Shown here: positions 1 to 13,230 of the stretch, one piece after another
Numbering within the stretch: position 1 is the stretch's first letter
Layout of the letters: each line of letters begins with the position of its first letter
Source of the DNA: Eledone cirrhosa
Taxonomy: Eukaryota
Assembly: GCA_964016885.1 (NCBI GenBank)
Contig: OZ024742.1
Location: 23,312,001 to 23,376,000, forward strand
Direction of reading: 5' to 3'
DNA length: 64,000 nucleotides
The notes under the pieces: model-generated
What the model saw: the letters and a program-made list of their open reading frames with translations, nothing else
The model's database searches: none
Told to the model about the DNA's origin: nothing
Made by a program: the position numbers and the translations under genes

Positions 1-565
1 GCACAAACTCATCACAACATCACAACCACAAGCGCATACAAACGCGCAGCAGCAAAACCCCATTGGGCATATATCACAACCCACTTATAACTGGGTACTA
101 AATAGGAATGTAAAAGCTGCACAAAATAGCGCCTCAAACTGCAACTGTCACCTCCCAGATAGGTGCCCATTGGTGAACAGATGTCTCGATTCGAGCCTGG
201 TGTACATGTGCACTGTCATCTCGGGTAACTCCAGCTGGAAGTACATAGGATCCACCGCGGGTTCTTTTAAAAAAAGATGGTATGTGCACAGGCACTCAAT
301 GAAAAACCGTGCACTTATGGGTTCCACCACCCTCGCCAGAAAAATATGGGAATTGAAGGACAGCAACACTAACTACACTATCAACTGGTCGAAGTTGTCG
401 GCTGCTAAAACATATAGTACAGGGATGTCCTATTGCGGGCTGTGTGATCTTGAGCTATTGTATATCCTTAGAAATGTTAAAAGGCTACTTAATAATAAGT
501 TAGAAAGATCTATCTTCTGCAGACAAAGAATAGCCACTAAATTCATAAGATTCAAACCTCCGTGA
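1..565 (+). mobile_element. Penelope-like element (Naiad-like), C-terminal linker and GIY-YIG endonuclease; runs off the window start
   Basis: Frame reads NCNCHLPDRCPLVNRCL..LVYMC..YIGST..FKKRW..H..CGLC..E..LLN: CxCx5Cx5C linker plus GIY-YIG motifs. The 3' non-coding region probably extends to about 1450. Confidence 0.88.
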
Positions 566-1303
566 ATCGAACCAACATAACATAGCTTTAAATTAGGATA
601 CCTACTACCCACAGAAATATATTCATTAAGTATACTATTTCCTTCACAAGTCTATACCACACAATTGTCTGTAAGTACCTCATCTACCAATAATCTTACT
701 CCTTCTCAGCTGCTGCAATCATTTGATCCTAGATCCTAGTTTTTCTCATTTCACTACTACAATGTTACTTTACCTTATTTTTGCCATAATTACAATTAGC
801 ACGCTTTTCTCTTTGCATATATGTATATGTTTGTACGAGTGTATATTGATGTGTCTATGTACACATGCATGTGTATATATGTGTATATATATTTATATAT
901 ATATGTGTGTGTGTATGTGTATGTGTGTGTGTGTGTGTGCGTAGATATATGCGTATATTAATTCGTTAACCTCTGTATTAACTCTACAACTATTGAGCTT
1001 TGACAGTGGTCCCACTCATGTATACTGTTGAAGATGAAGAGAAAGACTGTAAAAACTAGCTTATCTTTATAATTTAAAATTGATACACACTACGATACTT
1101 TTTGCCTTATGACAGCTGGTTTTCACGCCGTAACATTAGATACATTATATACCCCCCACCTAAGTAATGTCAGGGTCTCCTTAAATAGTTTATTGATAGC
1201 ATTGTTGTAATTGTTGTTATTGTTCTAATTGAATGCCATAACTACTCCATATAGTAGCCGTATTTTCTTTTCTTTTCTTGCCTGTGTATTTTCTTCATTC
1301 TCG

Positions 1304-1416
1304 CATGCTCCGAAGATCTGACTGGTTATAATTCTGTATTGGCGATCGAGTAACGCAAAATTAAGCGGATAGCGATCTCTAAACATACCAGTTCAGTGAA
1401 ACAAATGTAAGCTATG
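1304..1416 (+). ncRNA. Type I hammerhead-like motif, variant core CCGAAGA, long stem II
   Basis: CATGCT-CCGAAGA-(TCTGACTGGT...ACCAGTTCAGT)-GAAAC-AAAT-GTA-AGCTATG, downstream of and co-oriented with the Penelope ORF. Confidence 0.6.
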
Positions 1417-1637
1417 TGATTAAAAACTTTTTTGTATAGCAAACCATGTAAACCTTCTTTCCTTATTTATTATTACTCCAAGTGTTTACAACATAGGAAT
1501 TACGGCATACCCGCAGCATCACTATGAAAACGCCTTGTTGAGTCAAACCAAGCCAAGCGTTAATATCATCCACTACCTGGAATACCATAACTTGACTTCA
1601 CCTAAGTGGACTGCATTTAACTATTATTTGTTAATCC

Positions 1638-1715
<78 letters not shown>

Positions 1716-1718
<3 letters not shown>

Positions 1719-1911
1719 GGAACGAGTAGGACCCCGACGGCTGAGCTCAAGCCGTATCGACGGCTAATTCTTGGTCCAGAATTAGCCGTCGAAACGGCTT
1801 GAGCTCAGCCGTCGGGGTCCTACTCGTTCCTATTACCCACTCTACTACCCTAAGTATTGAGTACTTTGGTGCGTTATGGTCCACATGGTTCCTTACCACA
1901 TTTCCTTTGTT
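1716..1911 (+). mobile_element. Short non-coding Penelope-terminus-like element with a fold-back 5' end and the 3' half of a hammerhead, in (TA)n
   Basis: 56-bp inverted arms 1716-1771 and 1778-1833 (1 mismatch); GAAAC-GGCT-TGAGCTC-AGCC-GTC at 1791-1813; second family copy at 33525-33663. Confidence 0.7.
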
Positions 1912-2074
1912 ATATATATATATATATATATATGATATACATACCAACATACATATATATCCTAGAAATGATCGTAAAATGATGAATTTTTTAATATAAG
2001 GAACTTGTTCTTTGTTTCTATTCATTGTTTTTATTAATTTATATATATATATCTATATATATATATACATCTAA

Positions 2075-2133
<59 letters not shown>

Positions 2134-2134
<1 letters not shown>

Positions 2135-2984
2135 GAGGTGTGTCAGAAAGGTTCCAGGACAGATGTCATGAAATATTTATTTCAAACCCAAACTTAACAC
2201 TAACAGTTTTCTCCTTCAAAATAATCCCCCCTGGAGTATGTAGCTGTAATCTTAGCTTTCTGCAGCGATCAAACTTTTTTCTTCATAATTTTATATACAT
2301 GTCCTCTGTTTCAGGTCGTCAAGCAATGAGCACAGAGCAACGAATAAACTGTCAGAGATAAGACGATGTCACGCTCACGTGTTTTTGAGTGGTGCGAAAG
2401 GTTTAATGAAGGACGCGAGGATGTGGAATATGACCCCAGGATCGGAAGGCTCTCAACAACCAGGACTGAGGTCAACTTTGAGCGCGTCAGGCAGATGGTG
2501 CGTAGCGATCGTCGGCTGACTGGTTGACTGTTGGCAAATGAGCTGGGCATGAATCGGGACAGCGTCTGGAAAATTCTCACTGAAGATTTGGACATTCGGA
2601 AAGTCTGCGCGAAGATGGTGCCAAAACTCCTGAACGATGACCAGAAGGGTCGACGAATGCGAATGTGCCAGGACATCCTCGAGCGTCTTGAAACCGAACC
2701 AGACTTGCTAGGGACAGTCACATGTGATGTGTCATGGATCGTTGTGTACTACCCGGAGGGGACCCGTTTTGAAGACGTGGACGAAGTCAAAAGGCCGTGA
2801 CGACGAAACTGCCGAGGATCCCGGAAGAATCCTTCCAGGAGTGCATGCAAGCTTGGCAGAAAAGGATGGAAAAGGGCATTAGACTCCAGGGGATTATTTT
2901 GAAGGGGAAAACTCTTAGTATGAAGTTTGGGTTTGAAATAAATCTTTTGTGACATCAGTCCTGGAACCTTTCTGACGCACCTCG
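2134..2984 (+). mobile_element. Internally deleted Tc1/mariner DNA transposon
   Basis: About 100-bp TIRs (CGAGGTGTGTCAGAAAGGTTCCAGGAC ... GTCCTGGAACCTTTCTGACGCACCTCG) with TA on both sides. Transposase remnant has an HTH region, AKMVPKLL (WVPHEL-like) and TCDVSW (first D); most of the catalytic domain is missing. Confidence 0.93.
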
Positions 2985-3276
2985 TATATATATATAATTT
3001 TAATTTAGCTGTCTCACCTACATACTTACTTCAGACAAACTAACTACTCAACCCAGCCACTTCTAGCCACTTCATTAAATACTTTAATTAGTTTGAACCT
3101 CTCTTAGGATTATTTTAAATATATTTTATATTCACAATCTGAAACTTCTCTCTAACAATTTGTATAAAATTAAGACATCTATTTCATTCCGGTTTTTATT
3201 ATCTCCCCTTAACTCTTTTAATATTTCATTACTTCCCTTGGTAGGAATTTTTAAATGTCGGACAAAATTCTTCGCA

Positions 3277-3720
3277 TTGCAGTATCGGTAGAGGGTTGGA
3301 CGCCATGCTTTCTAGCATAGTTACGTCCCTTTACAGTGTCAGTTCAAATCCCGTCGAGGTTAACTTTGCCTTTCATCCTTACGGGGTCGATAAAATAAAG
3401 TACCAGTAATGCACTTGTATAATTGGTGGCCTTGTGCCTAAAGGAGAAACAATTATTTCCTTACGGCTCTTTACATTCTGAGTTCAAGTTCAACCGAGGT
3501 AAGCTTTGACATTCATTCCTAAGGAGTCGATAAAAGAAAGTAACATTAACGAACTGGGATCGATTTAATTGTTGGTCTTGTGCCTAAATTAGAAACTATT
3601 AATTACTTTCGGCTCCTTACCTTGTGAGTTCAAATCCCACCGATAAAATAAAGCAACAGTTAATTAAAGGAGTCGATATAATTGATTTACACGTCCCCCC
3701 AAATAGCTGAACTTGTGTTT
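3277..3720 (+). mobile_element. tRNA-derived SINE followed by two partial tandem copies
   Basis: A-box-like GCAGTATCGG, B box GTTCAAATCC, core GCCTTTCATCCTTACGGGGTCGATAAAATAAAGTACCAG, tail GGCCTTGTGCCTAAA..GAAACAATTATT. Confidence 0.85.
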
Positions 3721-5228
3721 GGGAAGCGAAATTCTTAGCCACGCAACTATGTCCGCACTTATCTATAGCTAACTTTATTCTGATATATTTATCACTTACG
3801 TGTTTGGGATTTGCCTAGGTAATTATCATTTACATCTACCTTGGCATCAAAGTCAGTTAATCATTACTAATACCTCATCATACGCACAATCACATTTCTA
3901 ATCATCGTAATTAGTTTACAACTTCTTACCTACAATTCACCAGTATTTACCACATTAAATATCGTGGAAATGTGGTTAAGTTTTCCAAAGCAAGAATTGT
4001 AGGTAGGTTTATAAAGTAAGCGATAGCTTCATTTGGCCAACGCCACTTCATGGCATTCTATCATTAAATTCGTTGAATACTTTAGAAGAAGCTGATAAGG
4101 CAACGAAGAACATAAATTAAGAAAAATCAATTACAAAACAAAACGAAATACTAAGACATAAAAGAAAATGTCAGAAACTGCAGATTGAAAGGAAAGAAAT
4201 GAAAAGCCGGAGATTTGCCAAATATTCGTGATCATCTGAATATACCTAGAATGATAGCCAAACAAATTTATACCCTAAAAATCAGTATTATAGATGATTT
4301 GTAGTTGAGGCAACAAAGATAAAAGAAACACAAATTTTCGGTGAAACAATGCCAGATTGGAACCTTCGTTGAAAGATGCTAATGGTTAACGTGATGGAGA
4401 GGGAACCACTGACTATTTATCAGACAGTAAATAATAGCAGAAGCCAACTTTTCGTTTTGCTCTAATTAATCAGATGTGTTCGATCATTTATGTTTCTAAA
4501 TTGCGCACTTTAAGCTGTATGAATTATTTAATTCTTCTAGTTTACTTAGTTAAAATTCAATTATCTGACAATTTCAAGTCGATAACTGTTATCAACAAAA
4601 ATATGTTCCATAGATAAAAGTAGGGCTTATGTATATTAATATTGTCCTCTTTATTTATTTATCGTCTTTATTTTTTATTCCTTATCCTGGTCAGAAATAA
4701 TGTATTTTCTAAGTTGTTATCATTTTTACGGCAATGAAAACATTTGAAAATCAGTTCAATGAAAGAGAAAAAAATATCTTTGTGAAGAATTATTAATATT
4801 GAGCTGTAAAATCCAATTTACTAATAACGGGTCCTTTGGGGCATTTGTCCAAGAAATTGTGAGCCAAACACATCATTTATATCTTCTTCATAATTCATAA
4901 AAAGTTAACTCCATGTGTGACGAACAAGTAAGCTATGATTGCAGAAGCTAAACGTGCCCAATCAATATCGAATCAACAATCATACAGTAGAACCTAAGGA
5001 CCTAAATTTTGGTAGAAAACACGCTGCAAGTAAATCATCTTAATACAAAATTCAGACGAGAATATCAAATAGTAGTATTTACTATATAGAAGTGATTTCA
5101 ATTTTGTCTAAACTAGTACATTTCTTCTGTGGTTAAGTGGTGACCAATTTCGCTTTATAAATCATGTCTGTTGTAAGTTTCGTTCGATTTAACAGTATGC
5201 TATCTGGAGAAAGTGACTTTTATCATAA

Positions 5229-5284
5229 CCTCCGGTCGACTGAAGCCTGTAATCGTATTTGGTAGACAGAAACTGTGTGGAAGA
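5229..5284 (+). mobile_element. Fragment of a second, older SINE-like family; a diverged antisense copy may lie near 7455-7525
   Basis: CCGGTCGAC..AAGCCTGT...ATTTGGTAGACAGAAACTGTGTGGAAG resembles, from memory, an abundant octopus SINE body; not verified. Confidence 0.4.
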
Positions 5285-5604
5285 TCGGGGGATCGAGTTT
5301 ACTTGTAATTCAAATGTTCAGCGATTTTCTTTTTGTTTCGTTTTGTTATATATTATCTAATGTACCTTTTTGTTTTGTTGTACATCACATAATGTATGTC
5401 TTTCCTGCTTTCCCCCTCTTTATGGAATAATCAATCACTGACACGCTAAACTAACGAGTAGAACGTTATGCTGATGAACAAATTAATGCTAATCGTCTAA
5501 AGAGACGGAGGTTTTATTAATGTCAAACAATCTACATTTTACGTAAATGTAATACAAATTTAAGACCAGGAAAAGGAGGAGGCAAAACAAAACAAATATA
5601 GGTG

Positions 5605-5745
5605 GTCACAGAATGTGTGACGAAAGAACTTTGACAAACAAATGGATAACGAACAATGAAGGAAAATATGAAATGAAAATGTTATGGTGCGTGTGTTTCT
5701 TTCTATTAGCAATATTGGCAAAATTGGGACCATGACCATCCCCAA
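5605..5745 (+). mobile_element. Diverged single-arm copy of the 24802-25466 HHR element family
   Basis: GGTCACAGAATGTGTGACGAAAGAACTTTGACAA and GGTGCGTGTGTTTCTT are shared with 25293-25440. Confidence 0.7.
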
Positions 5746-6171
5746 ATATAACAATAATCTTGATTTTTTTTTTTTTTGTAAATTGAACACATACTAATGG
5801 TTCAATTCATGTTTATCTGCGTATGTTAGATTCTGGGAGATCCATGAATATTCACAGTGTATCGTAGCTGTTACTGACATTATTGAGACTCAATTCAAAT
5901 GGTTGCATAATACAACCAAGATAAATGAATATACGTTCTCACCATTTCAATGGCATTAGGAATTGTTCGAGGCTGAAGAATTTATACATCAACGCCGTGG
6001 TTCAGTCAACTGTAAATATATGCCAATGTTATAAGCAAGCATGCACAACTTCTCACTCTGGGCAATGAATTTACAATGAAAGAAACGAGTGTTCCTTTAT
6101 ATTACTGTTCCATCCAATTGAGACAGACTTCCCCTAGCACCACCACCACCTACACCACCAAGGTAATCATC

Positions 6172-6273
<102 letters not shown>

Positions 6274-6884
6274 TTTGATTGACTACATCATGCATCAATC
6301 TTCATCTACAATATCATTTATAAACTAGGCTTCACCACGATTATTGACTAAATGATGGTCAGCATTTCAATATTATGAATATTGTGTTTCCCAATCCAAC
6401 CTCGACAAATTATCAAGCCTCAAAAAGCCCAGATTTCTGAAAAGAATGAAACATGATTGATTGAATAACTGTGAAATGAAACACAGAAAGCTCTCTTGAA
6501 ATAAGTGCCATGAAGTTTCTGGTTAAATCTTCTTTCCATACTTGTAATCCTTTAACAGACATAATTCATAAGATTTCATCAAAAAATATATCACATATAA
6601 TTCAGGGAAGCCAACTTTCAAAATTTAAATTGATAATTCTTCATACCTATTATGTTTTTATATTACTGACTGTGTCGGATTTGGTGGGACTTTTATACAT
6701 CAAACAAAAAGATTAAGGACTAATAATGTATATATACACTAGAAACCGAGATATACACTAGAAACCGAGAGCTATGTGCTCAAATATATTTAATGATAAG
6801 TCTGCTCAATGGATGTTGACAAGGGAACGCCTGTAATTTGAAATATATATAAACATCATCGGGATGAGGCTCCGGTAAAAATAT

Positions 6885-7040
6885 TAGTTTCTTCTTGCGG
6901 CACAAGGCCATCGAGGGCGAAATCGATTAAATCGACACCAGTAGTTTACCGGTGCTTTATTTTATCGACTCCGTAAGAATTAAAGGCAAACACTTAGCCC
7001 GGCGGGATTTGAACTCAGAAGGTAAAGGCCTGTAACTCGT
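6885..7040 (-). mobile_element. tRNA-derived SINE, diverged
   Basis: GGCACAAGGCC...TTTATTTTATCGAC..CGTAAG..AAAGGCAAA...GGCGGGATTTGAACTCAG. Confidence 0.8.
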
Positions 7041-7708
7041 GTCCGATGCTGGGTTCTTTTAATGATTTAATGAATATCTGTCTCTCTATAAGATTTCAGT
7101 TTAATGCGTAACGCGGATATTTGAGATAATCAGTGAAAGGATTTGTTTGAAATTTATGAATGTAGTTTAATCAGATTATATTTACAATTAAACATAATCA
7201 AACTACAAGATATTAATTAGTCAGAAAGAAAAGAGGTATTAGCTTCTATAGTTTACTGTATAAATGTGCTCAGTCAACATTTCTCAAGTCATCAGCATTT
7301 ACTATGCATAACAAAATGCATTGGAATGCAATGCCGTCGGTTTCGACGATGCGTGTTCGAGGTTTTCGACCAACTGTACAGCCTGTACATGGAATTAACT
7401 TACAAATGGTGGAGTATTCCACCAACACAGACCATTTGAAAGAGAAGTAGAGACCATCCAACGGGTTTCCACGGTGTTTTCAACTACAAAATTGAACACA
7501 CGAGACATAGGTTGACTCGGAGATATGGTAAATGGAGAGAGAAAGAGTGATGTAAAATCCCGACCGCGGCGCTAAGTGTTTTCGGCTTGGCGGTGTGGTC
7601 AGCATTCTACATATGTACATATCCCATTATACATCTCCCCGTGCATTGAGTACACCCATGATAATAATCTACCCGGTATCGGCATCACAGACTTATATAC
7701 ATATATCA

Positions 7709-7741
<33 letters not shown>

Positions 7742-8457
7742 TCTGTGTGTGTGTGTGTGTGTTTCTGTGTGTGTGTGTGTGTTTCTGTGTGTGTGTGTGT
7801 GTAAAAGGTAAACACAAATAACAAAACAAACAGCAGAGTACATATAACAAATATATTAGTTTAATGCTTAAAATAGCTGGAAAAGGGAGAGTCTCAATGT
7901 TTCGAACGATAGTATTTCAACGGACCATAGATTTAGAAATAGAAGATGAAGTAAAGACGAAGGGACGAAGAAAAATTAGAAAAATAATTGGTGGTAAAAA
8001 GAGACCTGTGTATTAAGTCGAGCACGTTTCATTTATATAACATAACTGTCTTTAACGACATGTTTGGTGTCGCAACGACTCGGTGGAATATAAGATTTAC
8101 CATTACGAAATTTCAAATAAAGCAGAATATGATTGGTACATGAGTGATTGTGTGGAGTGGGGATTTAAGTTATTATGAGAGGGTAATTGTGTGGTTGTAT
8201 ATTGATCTGTCTCATGTTATACTCGAAGAAACATAATTAAAAAAAAAAAGGTGAAGTGAATATTTGTAGCATATGTGACCAGAACCTCATTAATGTATGA
8301 TATTTATAAATGTTACTTGAAGCGATTATATCTTACCACGCACATTTGGTTCTGCACTGTACACACTGTAAACTCACCATTAGTTGAGCTGTGCCAACAT
8401 TAATACAATAAAAACAACGACAACATTAATACTGCTACTACTAATAATAATGACATA

Positions 8458-9137
8458 ATTGATTCTAATTTAGGCACGAGGTCAGAAACTCTTTGGGGGA
8501 GGAGAAAGTCGATTAAATAGGCCCAGTGCATTACTGGTACTTTATTTTTATCGACGCCGTAAGGATGAAAGGCTTAGTTAACCTCTGCGGGATTTGAACT
8601 CAGATCATAAAGGGCCGTAACTCTATACTGTAAAGGGCCGTAAATCTATGCCGTGAAGAATGTTGTTCGACGTTCTACCGATACTGCCAGTACACCGGCC
8701 AATAAGAATAGTTTCTGATTTAGGCACAAGGCCAGAAATTTGGACGGAGGCGAAATTCGATTAAATCGACCTCAGTGCGTGACTGGTACTTTCTTTTAGA
8801 GACCCGATAAGGATGAAAGGCAAACTAGACTTTGCCGTCATTAGATCTCAGGGAGCAAGGTTCCGGAATAAATGCCGCAAAGCATTTTCTCCGACAGTCT
8901 AAGGATTCTGCCATTAATAATAATAATAATTGTTTCTACTTTAGGCACAAGGCCAGTAATTTGAAGTTGTAAGGATATCGATTGAATCGATCCAGTGTAT
9001 TGCTGGTACTTTATTTTATAGACCCCGTAAGGATGAAAGGCAAAGCTAAGCTCGGTGGGATTTGAACACACAACGAAAAGGTCGATAACTCTATGTCGCG
9101 AAGCATGTTGTCCAATGCTCTACCGATACTGCCAATC
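8458..9137 (-). mobile_element. Three tandem tRNA-derived SINE copies
   Basis: Repeated tail/core/head units at about 8458-8700, 8710-8913 and 8928-9137, separated by AAT-rich spacers. Confidence 0.85.
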
Positions 9138-9815
9138 CGTCTGCCGGGCATGTCCGAGATGCGCGCAGGGCGACGAAACCATCCTGCACGCACTCGTCCA
9201 GTGTCCGAGCATTGCTGACTTGTGGGTTTATGTCGAACACCTGCTGTCGCGTGTAGGACGGATCCAGCTATCAGCTGAGTCCATCGTGAGGATTGTCCCG
9301 CCCTCTACCTTTAACCGGGAAGGGAAGGCAGTTTGTATCTGTCTGGTGGCCATGGCGAAAGAGATAGTATGGTGAACACGTTTGAAAGGGCTGGAGACGA
9401 GCACTTACCTCTTCAGTGATACCCTGATTAACTTTTTCAAATTTAATTCGAAAAGGAAAATCAGGGTAGAGAGGGAAGTGCTCTCTTCCCAGCATTTTGT
9501 TGAAAGATGGGTGAGAGAGGCAAGAATGGCCTGAGTATGTGTCTGTAAATTAAAGGTGGAAAACTGGGAGATGGCACTTGCCCTGGTGGTCAGGGTCACT
9601 GTGGATTTTTAATGGGCTTTCTCCACGAATGTCCCTCGGAAGTCTCCCCCCTATTGAGGAATTTTTCCATTGTTCTATTATTACATCCTCTGTTTTTTGT
9701 TTTTTTACACGCAGAAATGCCCTTTTGTACCGTCCTGTATTGTCCTGTACTGTCCTTAATGTCAACTTTGTGTGAACCCTTGTGGTTAATAAAGAAAGCA
9801 TTGCTATTATTATTG
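9138..9815 (+). mobile_element. Tx1-clade LINE, 5'-truncated 3' end (CCHC zinc finger and 3' UTR)
   Basis: CPRCAQGDETILHALVQC; closely matches the 3' ends of the 42083-47917 and 50213-52632 copies; ends AATAAAGAAAGCATTGCTATTATT. Confidence 0.93.
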
Positions 9816-10184
9816 AACTACTACTAATAATACTGAAAATCATGAAACATTAAATTTCAAACAGCTTATTATGAATACGTTATAGTCTAAATATCAACAA
9901 CAATTTGTGGTTTGAAGCAGTGTGAAGAGACTGCAATTATGTGAAGAGGGTCAAATAACTATGAATTTCACCAGAGAATTGTTGTTCCTGGTTTGCAATT
10001 TAGTCACAAGAGTCAGACGGGTGATACGTAAAAGTAAAAAGAAGAAAAACGAAAAGAAAAGACAAGAAAACCGAAACGAAACGTAAAATAGTAGCGAAGC
10101 AAATTTTGAAAAAATCAATAGTCTCAATAATTACAGAAATAACCTGAGGTTGAAGCCTGTAAGACTGTATGGATATAATACTGA

Positions 10185-10381
10185 CATATATACACACACA
10201 TACACACATACACACATACACAAGCACACACATACATGCACACATACACACACAAACACACACACTCATACAAACACACACACAAATACACACACCCACA
10301 CACATAAACATACACACACACACATATATAGATATATATATATAACCCGTAAGGCTGTATGGACATGATACACACTGACAT

Positions 10382-10456
<75 letters not shown>

Positions 10457-10563
10457 CACAAACACACATATATATTTAAGTGTGTGGTTGTTTGTTAGAT
10501 ATAGATATGAGTATGTGTGTATGTGTGTATGTGTGTCTGCGTAGGTGTATATATGTGTGTGTG

Positions 10564-10612
<49 letters not shown>

Positions 10613-10670
10613 TGTGTCTGTGTGTGTGCCTGTATGTATGTATGTGTATGTGTGAGTGTGTAAGTATGCA
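10185..10670. repeat. Compound (CA)n/(TA)n/(TG)n microsatellite
   Basis: Direct reading. Confidence 0.9.
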
Positions 10671-11005
10671 TATGTTATGCGAGAACCTATCCAGACACAA
10701 CTGACGCGGCGTTTACACTTCTGTATCAATACTTCAAAAGTGATTATATCTTAACCTAGTACAATGGTACGTCTGTAGTGAAAATAATTATATTGAATAC
10801 GTTTTACTAAAATACAAATCGATAGGATAGGAATAAATGTTTTGATTTTTGCATATTTATTCGAGTGATGGACATGTAGGGTGGGTGTAAAATCTTAATT
10901 CATCAGGTCATTTAACGACGTAAAATTTTAACAAATTTTACATTTTATCTCCTAGTAAAATTTTTCATTAATCATACATATTAATTTCATTATTTATATT
11001 CCACA

Positions 11006-11191
11006 GAATGGTGGATTGGCAGTATCGGTAGAGGGTCGGAAGCCATGCTTTCCAGCATAGTTACGTTTCCTTTACGATCTGAGTTCAAATCCCACCGTGG
11101 TTGACGTTGCCTTTCATCCTTACGGGGTCGATAAAATAAAGTACAAGTAATGCACTGGATAATTGCTGGCCTTGTGCCTAAAGTAGAAACA
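11006..11191 (+). mobile_element. Full-length tRNA-derived SINE with 17-bp target-site duplication
   Basis: A box TGGCAGTATCGG, B box GAGTTCAAATCC; ATTATTTATATTCCACA at both 10989-11005 and 11192-11208. Confidence 0.92.
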
Positions 11192-11574
11192 ATTATTTAT
11201 ATTCCACACTGCTGCATGTATATGTTTATGTGTATATATAGGATACACTAATCAATTCATGAATGTTACCGCTATGTAAAAGATTATGTAATGCCGCACT
11301 CACTAATCGCTTACATGAAGATGAACTAAATGACTTCTATATTAAACAGTTTCGGTACACTTGCAATGCTGTTGATGTGATGCGAGATACGAACCTGATA
11401 CCTCTCAGTTTGTTTGGGTCCTAAAACATCGGCTATGAACAGGGCGCCCAGTAATCTTTAGCCACTCATTAATAGTCATCATATAGTTGAATGATATATC
11501 TTGATGCCCAGTGGACGCTTTCACTCCCCAGTAATAGTGATTCATTTCCATTGCCTTAAATACCCTAACCTTAC

Positions 11575-11998
11575 TTGGCAGTATCGGTAGAACATCGGAC
11601 GACATGCTTTGCACCAAAGAGTTACGGCCCTTTATGGTCTGAGTTCAAATCCCGCCGAGGTTAACTTTGTCTTTCGTCCTTACGGTTTCGATAAAATAAA
11701 GCACCAGTTACGCACTGGAGTAATACACTAGAATAATTGCTGGCCTTGTGCCAACATTAGAAACAATTATATTTAACATAAACAATTGTACGCCTTCCTA
11801 CTTATTTTAGAAATAATTATTTCTACTTTTGGCACAAGGCCAGCAATTATCCAGTACATGACTGGTACTTTATTTGATCGATCCCGTAAGGATGAAAGAC
11901 AAAGTTAACCTCGGCGGGATTTGAACTCAGACCGTAAAGGGACGTAACTATGCTGGAAAGAATGGCGTCCGACTCTCTACCAATACTGCCAATTCACC
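11575..11998. mobile_element. Two tail-to-tail SINE copies (+ 11575-11770; - 11815-11998)
   Basis: Same A box, B box, core and tail in opposite orientations. Confidence 0.88.
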
Positions 11999-12539
11999 AA
12001 AATAGCTAAGAATGAGGCATGTTTTAATCTAATATATTTCATAAATGAATGCAGTAAATTAGCAGAGTTATTAAAATTCGAAATCACCAGATATACATTT
12101 TTTTACCAATTTTGCTCCCTATTTCCCCTTACTGTTATTCCTAATATGTGTAGTTACGAGACCTGCATTGTGTTTAGGACATTTACTTCAGTATCTTATG
12201 TTCTTGAGTTAAAATCCCATCGACATTTAGTTTTTTGTTACTCCCGTCCACTCAACAGAAAGAAAAGTCTTGGACTGTGTTATATTGAATATCCCAGAAA
12301 ACTAAACAATTTGTGTACAACTCAGGAGAAGGCTCATCCAATAGCACTTTAGGTTCTTCGCAGGCTGTTCCATTGTTTGAACAACTAAATCCTTTGTCAT
12401 CGGAACCAACACATGTCCAACACCCTTTACATATTTTATCATTGCTTCTACCTAAATTTCTCTTCAATTTTCACTTTCTTTTTCATTCTGGCTCTCTGTT
12501 TGTCAGTTTGGCTGTCGTACTATCTGTCCGTTCGTCCAT

Positions 12540-13230
12540 CCGTCTGACTTACTATGCGCATCGGCGTTTGCTTGAGGCTCGGCCTCCGGGTCTGCGAGCC
12601 ACACCAATGTCGCTGCGGATCCACCGTGGATTCTTTCGGCCTCCAAACGCTTTCCTGTCGCCACAGTGCCGGCCGCCTTCCACGCCATGCTGCACTCATC
12701 AAGGTCATAAAGCATGGCTTGGACGCTGCGGGCTTCCCTTCCCAGCTCGAGCCGGTGTGGCTGGACCGAGGGGACGGCAAAAGACCAGATGGAATGACCA
12801 TCTTCCCGTTCCGCGTTGGCAAACCCGTCGTCTGGGATGCTACTTGCACCGACAACTTCTGCAGCCGCAACCTGGTGCAGTCTGCGACTAACCCATGTTC
12901 TGCTGTACGTCGGGCTGAGGAGGCCAAACTCCTCAAATACCGGTCGCTATCCGACAGGTTTGCGGTCGTACCCCTGGCAGTGGAGACTTCTGATGTCCTC
13001 GTCCCTAGGGCAACCTCCCTACTCACCACCATAGGCGCCGAGCTGGCCAGGCGCAGGTGTGAGCCCCGCGAGCTGGAGTGGCTTTTCCAGCGCGCCTCCC
13101 TTGTCGTCCTCCGGCGAAACGCCTTCTCCATCCTGTCCGCCGGGGCTGTGCGAGTGTGTGTGTGTGGGGGGAGCATCGCGTATCATTCCATATTTAAGTA
13201 TGTGCACTATCATATATTTCAATGTTAAGT
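12540..13230 (+). mobile_element. CRE-clade non-LTR retrotransposon, 3' fragment (restriction-like endonuclease)
   Basis: LRLG..CRCG..D..G...LSC...GRLPRH...LEP..LDRGDGKRPDGMTIFPF..GKPVVWDATC..AEEAK..KY..VPLAVET..LFQR.SLV..R.NA. Confidence 0.9.

Noticed and set aside
5465-5540. CTGATGA plus long hairpin as a hammerhead
   Set aside because: GAAA is replaced by CAAA and stem III is mismatched; too degenerate to call.
12252-12467. Cys-rich minus-strand ORF as a host exon
   Set aside because: The candidate acceptor lacks a polypyrimidine tract, no domain is recognisable, and no partner exons were found.
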